From NCBI GenBank assembly GCA_000320545.1, contig ADNK01002959.1, positions 1 through 64,000 on the forward strand: a stretch of 64,000 bases of DNA, given 5' to 3'. The DNA comes from Bigelowiella natans CCMP2755. Lineage: Eukaryota > Protista > Cercozoa. The notes under the pieces are model-generated. The model was not told the origin of the DNA. It searched no databases and saw only the letters and a program-made list of their open reading frames with translations. Shown here piece by piece: positions 40,240 through 54,190 of this stretch. Each line of letters opens with the position of its first letter. Position 1 is the stretch's first letter. The position numbers were made by a program, and so were the translations under genes.

Positions 40240-41068
40240 GCGGCAGCAGCAGTAGCCTCATCATTCACCGACCGCAGACGATAGCTCCCATCAGCCTTTC
40301 TTTGAGGCTTATACTTTCCGTTTGCTTCTCTCTCCCCGGCATCAGAGACGATGATGTTTTGTCCGTAATAACAATTCGATGACCGTGTCATATCATTGGA
40401 GAAGGAAGAGGCCGTAGCTTTCGTCGCAGCTTGATCATCATCACCATTGTTTCCTGTTCTTCGTCGTATTCCACCGTCAGCTTTTGCCCCTCCCCCGCTC
40501 TTGGTCTCGCTTTTTGCCCCTCCTCCTCCTCCTCCTCCTCCTCCTTCTCTTCTCATGCTTTTTCTCTTCCTTGGATCACCTCCTCTCCTCATCCTCAGCT
40601 TGAATCGGAGCATGTATTGCGGTTTTTGTTGTTGTTGTTGTTGTTGTTGTTTTCTAACAACCCCTCCATCCATCTCACCGCCTCTTCTTTCTTCTTCTCC
40701 TCCGCTCCCCACATCCCCGCCAAGCACATACGGATGGTCTTCGAGCCATTGCGACCATTGCTGCAGGAATGCTATGGCAACTTGCGGGTCTTTTTTCCGT
40801 GCGTAATCTATAGCCACCTCCCACACTGATCTATTCGCGAAAAGTGAGAGAATAGGGAATCAATGTCATGGTAGAATATGAAGGTTTGGAGCAGGGAAAA
40901 AGAAGGAGGAGGAGAAGAAGAAGATGATGGTGAAGGAGTAGTGTTTAATCCTAATAATCATAATGCCAATACCTACCTGAGATATTCTGTCGTTGTATGT
41001 TTTGGGAGGTGGCCCTTTTCGATCAAAATTGACATCAGCGATCTGTGACAGCAATAGTAGTAGAAGTA

Positions 41069-41100
<32 letters not shown>

Positions 41101-41899
41101 ATAGATTTAGTATCAGTAGAAAGTACTGCTCTCGATGTCTTCTGCTACTATTTCATGAAGCAGCAGTAGAGAGAAAGGAGAGGAAATCCAACTTTGCGCT
41201 CCAAGACTCAATAATATCGTCGATGTGGCTTTGATTGTACACTAAGAGCTACCGTTGTAGCTTTTACTGCATTCTTTAACGATTAAGTCATAGAAACATT
41301 ATCCCCCCCCCCCCCCCTTTCCTCCCCACAAAGCAAACACATAAAGTACACAAGCTTTCCAAATGAAATGAGGTGAGGAAATCGATATTGAATTATCCAC
41401 CGATATGTTCTTGGCTTATTTGGTGCTTTTGTCTCCACGATGATACGCGCCCATTGTTGACTCCAGCAACGGCATGTGTTCCTGATTATTAATGATGATA
41501 GTAATTATGATGACGACGATGATGATGATGAAGGTGAGAAGAAGAAGAAAAAGAAGAAGAAGGAGGAAAAGGAGAGTGGAGAGGAGGAGGAGGAAGATGC
41601 TTCACGATCATCCTATCTTTGGCAATTGCTCCTAATATAGCTTGGTTTTAATTATATTGGTGCTGCTGTTGTTGTTGTTGTTGTCGCATCACGACATCAA
41701 CATAAGGCAACAAGCATATTTACCATAGGTTCCTACATGCTGCTCACGCTAAGAATAGGTTGTGAAGCGTGTGCGAATGTTCTGCTTGTCTTATTCTCTC
41801 ATCACCAATTTCTTATCGCTGCAATCTGTTTCCTGGACTCTGGATAAGGATCAAACTCAATCTCACGGTGTTGAGCGTACCTTCCATCATAATTGTTGC

Positions 41900-41936
<37 letters not shown>

Positions 41937-42118
41937 GTAAAAGACAAAATCACAGTGTCGTAAACATCGAGGAGGAGGATGGTAATGATGCCTTCCAATA
42001 TTGATGTATAATTCCACCAGCATTAAATTATAAAGTCAAATTTAAGATAATATCGGTGTGTAGTGATGCTATATGGTGCGTGTAGCTAGGATCACCATAA
42101 ATGCTTAATAATCATCAC

Positions 42119-42154
<36 letters not shown>

Positions 42155-43507
42155 CGCGCATACATCGGAACAGAGGTGAACGGCCATGCCTCCAAACCCT
42201 TCCACCCGAGGTATATCATCACGCTGAGAGCTCCGTAAACTGCAATTCCAATGAAGTAGCCCTCAGGAGCAATATGGTGATGATGATAATGGCTCGATGG
42301 TGCCGATGCTTGTTGCGTTGTTGGTAGAGGTAAAAGATCAAAGGCCAGCGTATAACACCATGCCTGTGGCCAAAACTATTCCACGCCGTGGTTAAGGAGA
42401 ACCAATCACGACGATGGTAGGAATGACGAGGAGGAGGAGGAGGAGGTAGAGAAACATTACAGATACTTCGTGAGACAACATTAAATGGACAACACTGAAT
42501 AAGACTCATCGTGATTTGATTATATATGATCATCGACTATAATATCTTTGGCACCACCATCACCGCCATTCCTACTTTCGGTTTCATGGTGAGGGCTATT
42601 CCAGTGTGAAGCATCACAGCTTGAGCAAACACAGCAAATCTGGTTATGCGAGGAGGAGGAGGAGGAGGAGGAGGAGGAGGAGGATAAGGAAGGAGGACAA
42701 TCATACTATCCTACTTAGCCAAGGGCTGTTTGTATATGCCAATCATTTGCCTCCTTCCCGTGGAACAAAGGCAATGCTATTTTCAATTCCCTTTAATCAT
42801 CATCAAGCTGTTGCTGCTTCCTGCTCAGGACCCCCCTCCCTCCCCCTCTTCCCTCTAAGACAGCAAGTTTGTATTGACCGAAGAAATGGCGAGATCATCG
42901 CGGCGTAGCAGGTAACTTCGTATACAATCGTTTGCCAAGACAGCAACTTGCAGATCCTGTATGATGATAATGTTTATGTATGCGCATGTAATAGCACTAC
43001 GAATGTAATGCTGCCGTGTTTGATTGATGATCGTGGAGTGAGTGTGGCACCAGGGTTATGTCATCAATGTGGATCAAGGAAGATCTAGGAAGGAGGAGAA
43101 GGACAACTCAACTCTTTCTACCCCTCTCTCCCACTTGCTCCTAGTTACTTTCTATCTCTTTCTTTCTTTCTTTCTTTCTGTGATAAGACGGTAGTATGAA
43201 CTGCTTGCTGCTACTACTACTACTTCGTCTTCTACTATTACTACTACTATTAGGCCAGCACCACCACCACCGATGTTGCTTTGTTCTTCTACGAAGTAAT
43301 GATACTACTAATAATAATTGCAGAGGTAGTTGTGTAAGTAGGAGTACCATAATCTGTCCGCAATGTAGCGTGCAAATCCAGGGGCCCATGCTGCTTGAGC
43401 GTGATGAAGATGATACTATGATGAAGGAATGACGGAAAGAATGATGATGGTGATGATGATGATGATGATAATGATGATGATGATGTTGGTGACAACGGCG
43501 ACGATTG

Positions 43508-43552
<45 letters not shown>

Positions 43553-44619
43553 GCGTCATCATAATCGACGCTCTACTACCGCGACATTCTTATTAGGGTT
43601 TTTAGTCTGATCTACGATGTTATTGTGTGTAATATATTATCATTATTATTATTTATATCAATATTATTTTTATTGCTGTTATACTGTTAGTATTTACCTG
43701 AATCGTCTTGCCATCGAGCCATTTGTATCCGCTGAGGTGATGGTAGATAATCGAGCAGTGCCTCAGTACATGTTATCATTACATATAAATACTGCGACAG
43801 CCAGTAAGATCGGAGCAACCAGGAAACAAATCAATACTCCAATACTTTCACGTGCAAAATTAGAATGAAAACTACTGCTCATATCCCTGTTGTATCTATA
43901 CCACCAAACAATGGGGTCAAAGAGTTGAACATAGGCGCCGTTACTATCACCATCGTCGTCATTGTTACAAATCCAGCAATTTTTTTAAAGAAGTGAAAGA
44001 AAACTAATACCTTTCTCTGAGCTTTGATACACCCCCTGCGAAGAAGGTGAAGCATGATAGCAGGACAACAATCTGTGATGATATGATGATGATGATGATG
44101 ATGATGATGAAACTGTATTAAACCTCCATGTAGTAACAGAAGGAAATAATAGACAACTTACATATATATATACATATAAGCGATGACTCATTAATGAGTT
44201 CTTTATGGTACCTCCTTCCTTCCCCACGTTACAGCAGCACCCCTCAAAATATTGTGTTTGAGAGGTGGTTGCCCTGCTACTATCACTTCTACCTGCCGAC
44301 CGAGGCCCGTCCGGAAAACCGAGAAACTAGGTTTCAGCAACGTTGAATAATCTTGTGTTCCTTCCTCTCCTTGTGTTGTCACGTTCCCTTGGATAGCACC
44401 GAGCAACCACGAGTCGAGAGAAAAATCGTCAATATCCCCTGCGATATGCATTCACCACACAATACCAACCCGTACAGCAGCAAAAGACGGCGTGGTCTGT
44501 CATCTCGAACGGTATGGTATATTTTACAATATTGCGGTTTATAGTACCCTCTTCCTCAGTATCTGTTTGTCACATTTAGAGCATAACATATGTGCAGGAG
44601 GTAGAGGATAGGGACAAAC

Positions 44620-44657
<38 letters not shown>

Positions 44658-45800
44658 CCGCGCGCGCATACAAGCACACGCACAAGCACGCACACTATTC
44701 GTAGCATATTACCACAGAAGACAAGCGCCCAGAAAGTATACATCGGAATCACCTGCGATAGGATCGAAGAATGGACGTTATATGATCGCGTACGAACGAT
44801 ATGCTCGAGAAAGGTGATCTTCTTCAAATAAATTGTGGTAGTTGCAGCTAGTCTCGTCGCAATTTCTATAACATGAGTGATTGTATGATACTACCCATCG
44901 ATGCTGGCTTCCACAGGACCCACTTTGAACCCCATGCAATACCTGAAGAAGGTGTATTTGTAGCGATTTACGGTTAAGATGTCCAGATGAGTATTCTTCG
45001 TTTGATTTTACTACCATTCCTGCCATCGCCAAGGTTGCTCTTGATATCCATCCCCCAAGACCCAATATACAGCATATCTATAAAAAATAACCCAGTAAGA
45101 ACAAGTAGGCAAATTGGACGAGGGCCGTTGCAATGAACTATCTCATATATGGATCAATATATAATGTTTATTGATATTTTGGTAAAGACCCATGAAAACT
45201 TTGCTACGGCTTCCCATAGGCTCACAGTTGCCCTCTGCAGCGGATACACTCTGTTGTTGTTGTTGATGTTGTTATTATTGTTGTTGGGTTAAGGAGATAA
45301 AGTGGAGATCAAGCATGCATGCATGCATGCGATGCGGTAGAAAATAGAAAGTAGTGGTACCTAAGAAACTTCAAGGCAGGAACGTATATTGGATCTGCTA
45401 TGACGTCAAGTGTGTGCCCAGCATTGAGCGGCGACGCATCATCTCTCAGAGCAAGGACAAGCAGAACTGCATAGAACAGGGATCGCTGGCAGCCAGAGAG
45501 TGGACCCGTAGACCAGAAGACCCACCAAAAGGGCCAATGGAGAATTGACTGAGCACAGGAGGAGATGACCGCAACAAGCATGTTCTTCTTCTTCTATCCT
45601 ACACACCAGCAAATTGCTCTGAACTATCTAAATGAGTACTACTATCATGATCATCATCCTGCTCATCCCAGTAGTATGCAGGGAGGCAGGAGGCGGCACG
45701 TGGGGCTGTAAATTGTGTGGATGGATTCCATCTCAATTGAGGGTCTCCCGATGCAAAATCGCAGAAAAGGCACTTCTTTTCTGCATGAGACAAGTGGAAC
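38728..45800 (-). CDS. HTTM-domain (vitamin K-dependent gamma-carboxylase-like) membrane protein with an extra C-terminal domain; 5' end unresolved
   Basis: Spliced motifs ICCILGLGG-SR, GSQHRW, FSLDSWL, FFAGGVSKLRE|SGYKWLDGKTI, LSWQTIVYE, LHTGIALTM and EAWPFTSVPM. Last exon ends ...CKVNN*. Confidence 0.8.
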
Positions 45801-46580
45801 CTGTTTTCGATCTATCTATCTCTTGCGACAATATATCTTCGAGACTTTATTGACAAAAACCATCAAATGTGAGGCTCGTTGTGATATTTTATAATTTCAG
45901 ACTGTAATAGTTGCGTATCATTGTAGAATATTCCTTACTATTCATGGCATTTAATGATATATACAATAAATCAGAAATATATTTTGTATAAAATGAAGGA
46001 CATATTGAACACAATATGAGCTTAAAACTCCTAATTTTTCGTGTAAGATTCTTTAATCGCTTCCTGTCCTCCACGATCTGCAAGATCATTCACAGAAATA
46101 TCTAAGGGAAAAATGGAAATTAAGGACATTTATCACGAATTTTGTCGTTCACACAGAGAAAATCACAGAAATTTATGATTTTTTTAGCAAATTATTTGTT
46201 AGATAATATTCTGAATCTCCAAATAGTGAAATTATCAGATAGAAGTCTTCCTGATATACTTCCAAATATATATTAATTAATGTTATTTTTCCCTACAACT
46301 TACCTATAAAACAGTTTACCTACATATTTGCTCATGTTATTCTCATGTGTTGCGCAAATTACGATCTAATCATACTTAATCTAGAATTTCAAAACAAATC
46401 TTGTCAAATATTTGTCATAAATACTATTTTGGATTTGAATTTATAATTGCGACAACAAATAATTATAAAGGTAGGAGATTGTTAAGGTAATTAATTCTTC
46501 AAGTGTATTACTGAACATATTACATAAGATAGATTTTCGCACCGCAACGCTAGCCACAACCTGAACATTCTGGAGAAGAG

Positions 46581-46730
46581 GTGAACAACTTGGAGCGATT
46601 CTCGGTTCGGGCCATAGGCTGTTGAGAATTTCTTACAGACAAAAGTTTTGAGAAAGAGTGTTGGAAGAAAACATTCGTTTGTTTCGTTATAAACTAATTA
46701 TATCCTGTTGCGTTTTTTTGGCTTGCATAG
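46581..46730 (+). other. Probable 5'-UTR intron of the cofilin gene
   Basis: ag|gtgaac donor at 46581, ctaat branch-like site, T tract and tag acceptor ending at 46730, 11 nt before the ATG. Confidence 0.55.
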
Positions 46731-46741
46731 AACAATCAAAG

Positions 46742-47185
46742 ATGGCAACTGGAATTAAAATTGAGAAAAAGTCTTTCATGGCCTTCGACACAGAAATGAA
46801 GAAAGGCAAAAAATTCCAATTCATGTTATTCCAACTGAACAAGAAAATGGATAAGGTAGTTCTCGTTGATAAGGAGAAGGGAGACAAGAAGTTAAAGCCT
46901 ACATACGACGATTTCGTGAAGGCCTTGTGTGTCGATGGCCAGCCTCGTTGGGGAGTCTTCCAGTATGAAGCGAAGAAAAAGGACGGATCCTTTTTGGATA
47001 AATTTATAATGATCACCTGGTGTCAAGATACTGCTCCCCTCCGAAAAAAGATGGTCCACGGTTCTACCCACACTGCCGTAAAAGACAAGTTAAGTGTTGA
47101 CAAGGTTATTCAAGCTTCCACAACTGGCGATGTTGAAGAATCGATTATCCGAGAAAAACTCGGCTTGGGAAAAAAGGAAGTCTAG
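46742..47185 (+). CDS. Actin-depolymerizing factor / cofilin, intronless CDS (147 aa)
   Basis: MATGIKI start, YDDFVKAL, PRWGVFQYE, KFIMITWCQDTAPLRKKMVHGST and IQAST are ADF-H signatures. Confidence 0.95.
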   Translation: MATGIKIEKKSFMAFDTEMKKGKKFQFMLFQLNKKMDKVVLVDKEKGDKKLKPTYDDFVKALCVDGQPRWGVFQYEAKKKDGSFLDKFIMITWCQDTAPLRKKMVHGSTHTAVKDKLSVDKVIQASTTGDVEESIIREKLGLGKKEV

Positions 47186-48378
47186 TGTGTTCGGCGGCAA
47201 TGCTTCTCTGTGAGAGATTATAGTAATCGAGCCGGTGCCGTGCTAAAATAAACCACTCAAATATTTTTAGTGTATCAGTATGAATGCCTGATAATTCAAT
47301 AGGAAAATTTTATATTTTAACACGCAGAACTTGTGATTACTCCTGTACTTAACTTCAATATCATTGAAATTTGTTTTCTGGGCTGCACACATGCATCGTT
47401 GTGATGCGTAAGTTGTGAGATGCCAACATGTAAACATCACGCACGCGTCGTAGGAAAAAAAAATGCGTTTCATTCTTATGTTCTGATGCGTAGCACATAA
47501 CATCACATACACGGTAATTTGCACATTGAGTTGCGCTCATCTTAGTGATGATTTCTAACAATTTGCGTAGCTAGCAGACTGTAGCACAGCAGATACGATG
47601 TGATGAGACGGCGGACGCAATGCACTCGAACAAGTGATTGAATCTTCATTTCAATTGTTCGTCGCGCATCACTAGACTAGTAGACATCGTTCACGCGTCG
47701 ACGTGATCGAATTGCGCGCTCGATCTAGCTAGCGCCGTCGATCAATTGTTGTTGTTGTTGTTGTTAGCAGCTCGATCGTCACGAGCGTACGACACCTACG
47801 TGCAAATACATATCTAGCAGATGTGCACATGAGACGGATGTGCAATGGATTGTTTGATTTTTTTCAATTGTCATCCCATATACCCAATGTAGCCATGCAA
47901 AGCAGCGGCTACAGCGCTCAAGTTGTGTCTGTTTGTTTCCTTTGTCACACGTTGCATGCTTGAAAATGCATTGCAATTTGGACAACCAGGTCCAGAGCTA
48001 GCACGCAGTCGCGCAATCACCATTGCTAGGCTGCGCATCACACGAATGCCCGGTAGCATGCGTCTCCCATGGCATCGCAGCTGCACGTACGTGCGTAAAT
48101 CTACGCACAATGTAGTCAGCAATTGCACAACTTGTGCCTAAATAAATGCACGTACGCTTGTTGCAGTGACGGTTATCGCTACACAAGTACAACGCATTTA
48201 CACAATAATACATTAACACTAACTTGCATACGTTAACCCCAAGTAGCCGAGTAGTACAGTCACGGTACGCGGTAGAATCACAATCCGTCTTGACAACTTT
48301 CACATAATGTGCACAGCAATTATTACATCTATGCTAGACATCCTCGAAATGTCTGGTCGGCCCATGATGATGTCACTA

Positions 48379-48914
48379 CTACAGCTCATCTTGTGTCCAC
48401 TTGGCTAGGGGTAAGGATTTTATTTCATTGTGGTACATGTAAGGCACCATAGATTCTCCACCAAACACGTAAAGAGCGTCTGTTTACATTTCAACGAGTA
48501 TACGACTTTAAAATCTCGCAAATTAGATTCAATTATCATTAAAACATTACCATTCCAGAACACCATGCTATGGGAGTACCTCGAAGTCGGGTTGTTACCT
48601 TGAAAATACATCATTATAATCATTCCGAGGTCGTTGATATGTGGTACAACGACTCATGTCACCTGTAGATAGTTGCCTCCACTTGTTGCGTTTGAGGTCA
48701 TACTGCCATGTATCTTCCCGGCAGGAGCAAGGACCGTCTAGAATAATATGAAAACATGTATAGAGTACTAGAGTAGTATTTGTTTTGCATGTGGTAGTGA
48801 CGTCAAAATTTAATTTTATTCCTATCCGAATCAAATTTGATCTAGCTGATACCTACGTGCAAGACGGTTTTGTTGATATCACCACCACCATAACTACTAT
48901 TACCACTACTACTG

Positions 48915-48948
<34 letters not shown>

Positions 48949-49709
48949 CACTAGTCACACTACTGCTAGGTACTACTGTACAACTAATGTACCTGGACAA
49001 CGAAGACCACCATAGACATACATCATTGCCGTCATCTTGAGTATGAACGAAGTGAAGCGAACAGAAAACAAATAAACAAAAGAGAGGAATACAGAGTAGC
49101 AGCCGAGAATAAGCAGCGAGTCAATAGTATTGATAGCAATATGTGATAGTAAGTAAACGGCTTTTTATAGACGGCATTAATGATGATGATAATGAGGAGG
49201 AGGAATGATTAAAGTGGTCACAGTGATGATAATGATAGTAAATGATAACGACGGTGATGATGATCTACAATTTTACATGATCCAATGCAGCTGCGTGGTG
49301 TGCTCTCACGGGAGGCCATGCGGAAGAGCCTTCCTTTATGCCACCACCGTCACCGATAAATCTCCATTTCTGATCATCGTTTAACATAATGGTAATGGAG
49401 AGAAGTGAGCATCACGAAGCAACACGAAATGGGAGACATGCTACTCAGAAAAGATGATGCCAAGTACAAGCTATCACAACCCAGCGCCATATTAAGGATA
49501 TAGCGCATTACACGATTGGCCTTCTCTGTGTTTGGATCTAGGAACCACACATCACTCCTTGCCTTATCCCTTACTGTAACATTATTCCAGATCAATGCCA
49601 AAAGAAGAAGAAGAAGAAGACAAGAAAGATGAAATTACAAGATGGAATAACTTCTGTAACAACAGCATGGAGTGGCGCATATACAACAATAAAAATAAAT
49701 ATGTGTATG

Positions 49710-49788
<79 letters not shown>

Positions 49789-50246
49789 TTTATATAAATA
49801 TATAGCTGGTGGAATCATCACACCATACTCTCAATATTTGATGTTGCTGGATTTAGAATTGTATTGACCTAAAACTATTTACTTATTCAGTATTATTCAT
49901 CTTACTGTTTTCTCCCCACTGGTTTCCACCGTACAACCAAATCTTGTTGTCGTAGCCGACTATTGTGTGGCCAAATCTGCCAACGACAAGAAAACACGAA
50001 GAAGTTATAAGAATATCACCAATAAACCCTCTCATGGCTAGCAGCTCACAATTAAGACTATTTGCTCGGCTTTTATGTTACAATTGATGTTTTTGGCAAC
50101 TCTACAACTGCATCGTCAACTCTTCGTGAGAGACCGTCAACGTGCATATCTTTACCTTGACCCAGGCCCTTCGTCACTGAGCACCGTGTATCAAGAAGGA
50201 TGGGACAAGGGAAAGACAGAATCGAGCACATTTATCAACGAACCAC

Positions 50247-50280
<34 letters not shown>

Positions 50281-50650
50281 ACACAGAATTAATCAGCATA
50301 ACGGACGTATCACGACATCATCACATCGTCATCACTGATCATCACCACCTATTACTATAGTGTAAGTCTAATGCTTGCTCAGGGTATAGTGGAGCAACAA
50401 AGAAAGACTAGTAATGAGGTAGTAGTAGTAGTAGTAGTAGTTATAGTACGTAGAATCATGTATTCGGTCCCAGGTAAGATCTTCAAGATGAAATGCCCAC
50501 ATATCCGAGTGATGGAAGCCACCATGCACGTACATTCTGAACAAGAATAGAAACAAGTAGTAGGTACAGAAGGATCGTGATCATGATGATGATGATGATG
50601 AATAATGATGATGATGCAGGAAATCAAGGACAAGAGCAGCAAGATATAGC

Positions 50651-50707
<57 letters not shown>

Positions 50708-51715
50708 CTAAAGAGAGAGAGAGAGAGAGAGAGAGATTTGAACAATAAAACCTGAGAAATATACAGAATCGATCTTGCAGCATCATAGTCTCTCTATCAC
50801 TTAGCCACAAGTAGCTTGCTATGCTATGCAGCCTTTCTTTCCTTCTCCCCCCCCCATTCTCTCTCTCTCTCTTTCTCTCTCTTTCTTTCTTTCTGTTGTT
50901 GCTCTTTCCTACTACATTTTCCCTATCCGAGCAGCTGCATGACAGGATCCTAGAGTAGTAAGTGAAAAAGCAGCAGTCATATTAGTTGCCAGTAGTGTTA
51001 AGGAGATAGTTCAGAGAGGACTGAACGAAGGACATAATAATCAGTAGTGACGTAATCAGCTTTAACATACTGTTGGCCGGAGCTCCTTGGCCACCTCTGA
51101 TTAAATGAATGAAAATATATTTAATTAATAGTTACTTGAGTGATATAACAAGTTGACAATCGCTTGCAAAAGGAGGAGCTTGCTCGCACGTCAACATCAC
51201 TGGATCAGCGCTTAATTGCACAAAAACATCTTCCTACCTCCCATCCTCCCCTCACTCACTCAAAACAGCAAAAGCATCACTAACGTCTATCTATTTTCTT
51301 ACTGATGCATTAGTTGCCATCTTCCAGTTACTTGAAAGAGCATACTGCACAAAACGGTGATTTCGGATCAGAGAGGAGGAGGGGTGGGGGGGAGAATTCA
51401 CATGGATACTACACCGAATCGATTCATCCAAGCAAACGACACAATAACGATGATGATGATGATGATGATGATGATGATCATAAAGATGACAATGGGGTAT
51501 GAATGGATTTTTTTCAGTGTTGACGTTTGTTCTGTCTTTACTTCCACTAATACTATCACTTTCTCACCGGTAAGGTTCAGCATACATTCTGTGCACACGC
51601 TTTAATACGGGGGCAACAAGGTTATTGTAGATAAATCTTCGCGGATAGGAGGGCAAAGGATCTATCGTCAACCTCCACATCAAATTGCATCCCTAAGCAG
51701 GTAGTTGTCACAGTT

Positions 51716-51746
<31 letters not shown>

Positions 51747-54190
51747 CAGTAGAAGAAGAGGAAGAAGTAGCGCTTAACGGTAAATGGTAAGGTGATAATG
51801 ATGAGAATAACAATGCTAATCATCCAAATAGTGTTTGTTTGTGTGAAACATTTATCCATAGACTTTATCAACTACCCCCTTCCATGAACCCTTTCAAGCT
51901 CCTATTCTTCACTTTTGTTTTAACAAGAATCTACTGATTTGATCCTTCCTTTTTTTTTCAACAACAATCTACTACTTCTACTGCTACTATTACTACTACT
52001 ACTACTACTACAACTACTACTATACTACTACTACCGTTCCGAAAGTATGGCCTTGGTTTCCATTCCCCTGCATGTGATCTCCCTTTTCACACATCATACA
52101 ATAGAATATCTTCAACCGTGAGGAAGCAGGAGAATGGTCTATGAATTGTAGTAGTGCGCAGTTGTAGCCGTGACGTTTAAATAACGTCTATTCATGAAGA
52201 TAACACTAGTACGTGGAGTTATTACCCCGAACATGAAGACATCTCCCTTGTATGCAATGGATGTTGGGTAGAACGCAGCCTTAGGGTTGTCTGTGCTTGT
52301 CAGCTGTATTCTTTGGAACCATCCCTCCTAAATGAAATTACATAAACATATCAGGAGGAAGCAAGAATGATGAAAGAGCGCGGCATGGCGCTGATGAGGG
52401 AGTATCAAGGAACGCTCATATTATTTTTGATTGTAGCTTATAGCCTCCAATGCTGGTACCGTGAGAGAGTAGGCCCAAGAATCATCTCTCCAGTCAGGAT
52501 GGTGATGTCGATGATTGTAGAAGTAGCCATGAGTACTGACCATCAGGTCTGAATCCACCACCACAGCAGAATGTCCGTACCTTTCAACGGAAGAATGAGG
52601 AGGGCGATGGATGGATGGATGGATGGATGGATGGCAACCGTTTATGAATACATCGATTATTATAGGCAAGTTAGCGAAGTTGATGGCTCCACCTTACAGT
52701 TGGACTCACAACTGTCTCATTCTGGTTTGGATGCAAAATTTTCCATAGAACCGACTGCGGCGGCGGCGACGACGATGATGATGATGATGACAGGGGCGGT
52801 TCTGGGTAAGGTAAGTGGTCAAATTTAAAAACAAAAGGACACCTCCCTTGATGCAAACGAATAATCCATAAATATAATAGATCATTAGCTGTGCCCGCCG
52901 CACAACAAGGAGCATACAGATAGATAGCAGATAGCCACACAACATATCACATCACATCACGTCTATCACAAATTTCTTTTGATTTTTGGCATTCGGAGCA
53001 ATAAGACGACGGCGGTAACCAGAGCTTGAAGTTGCAGAAAGAGGTTGACAGAACATGAGGAGGATCCCTGTGTGCATGACCATCATCATCGACGTTCGTT
53101 CTCCCGGTTGTAATTATTACCGAGGTAAAAAGATCAGATCATCCGCCTAAATAAAGGATAAAAGAAGGCCGTTTTCCAACTGCGTCCTCCGATGAATTCC
53201 ACAATTCTCTGCGAGATTTCACATCGCTCTGATTTTGCAACGACGACCTGGGAATACAGTGATATTTCCTTGCAAAAGGTGTCGGTTCTGCATTAATTGT
53301 TGTAATCAATTCTGAATAGTTGTCGCATGTACAAAATACCCTCTATTTTCATCCAGTAACATTTCTAGCAGCCGCTGACATTGAGCAAGCTGAAGGGACT
53401 CCAAGCGAGGAGGAACTCCATCGAGAAACCGTATTGGCCACCAAGAAAAATCCATAGTAGCAGTCTTCGTGCTCTGTTGACGGGTGTTGAGCGAAGAGAG
53501 CGCAGATTCGAACAATGTCGATGAAGCGAGCTTCCGGTGACTAAATATCTCACTACTCGGATAATTGTTATGTGAATTAAATGAAGGACCAATTTGGGGT
53601 CATCTATCACACAGGGGAAGAATTATGATTTAATGTTAGCAAAATTGTCGACCGTTCCAATCCGAAATTTCGTATTTTATACCTTCAGACGATAAGAAAT
53701 GGAATCAAGCGAGGCAAACATCTTTCCGCTTTCACGATCGTAAACTTTGAAGAATTCTGTATCTTCTTATTGTTTCCTGACAATTTTACTGCTTCTTAGT
53801 TCTGATAGACAAGATAAAAGAATGGCAAGAGGTCAAAAATATAATCGTCAAGGAAGCACCACTCAAGTGGAATGAGATTTCTTCTCCTTTAAACTGACTG
53901 ATCTTATCGTATCCTACCATGTAGGTCACAACTTCTGCGTTCTCAACCACGTCGATCACATCATCTGAGGCTTCTTCGACCTCTACTGTGACAACCAAGT
54001 TCTCCTTAGATGTACTAATTTTTTTGTAGATTCATTGGCGATGGATTCTCTGATTAGCATGTACTACTACATTACCAACGCAGGCTTCCTCACACCCCCA
54101 TTTGGAAGAAGCAGTTGCGCATGCGATTCGCGAATCGTCGGCAAAAGAAACAGAACCCAGTTGCAAGGTAGAACTAATACTTTGTTCATA
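48379..54190 (-). CDS. Kelch-repeat beta-propeller protein ending in QDEL, multi-exon; N-terminal part poorly resolved
   Basis: Repeats MYVHGGFHHSDMWAF...W, RFGHTIV...IWLYGG...SDVWFL...KW, PPVRAHHAA...MYVYGG...EDTWQYDL...KW and PTSRYSHSMV...LYVFGGES. Terminal KWTQDEL* with stop at 48379-48381. Confidence 0.8.

Noticed and set aside
41720-41825. Non-canonical (GC/GA) splice donor or 9-nt micro-exon in the HTTM gene
   Set aside because: A standard GT-AG join to the next exon can keep the frame, so nothing unusual is required without transcript data.
46658-46741. Apparent hydrophobic N-terminal extension on cofilin
   Set aside because: Starts at GTG and runs through a T-rich intron 3' end. MATG at 46742 matches the family start.
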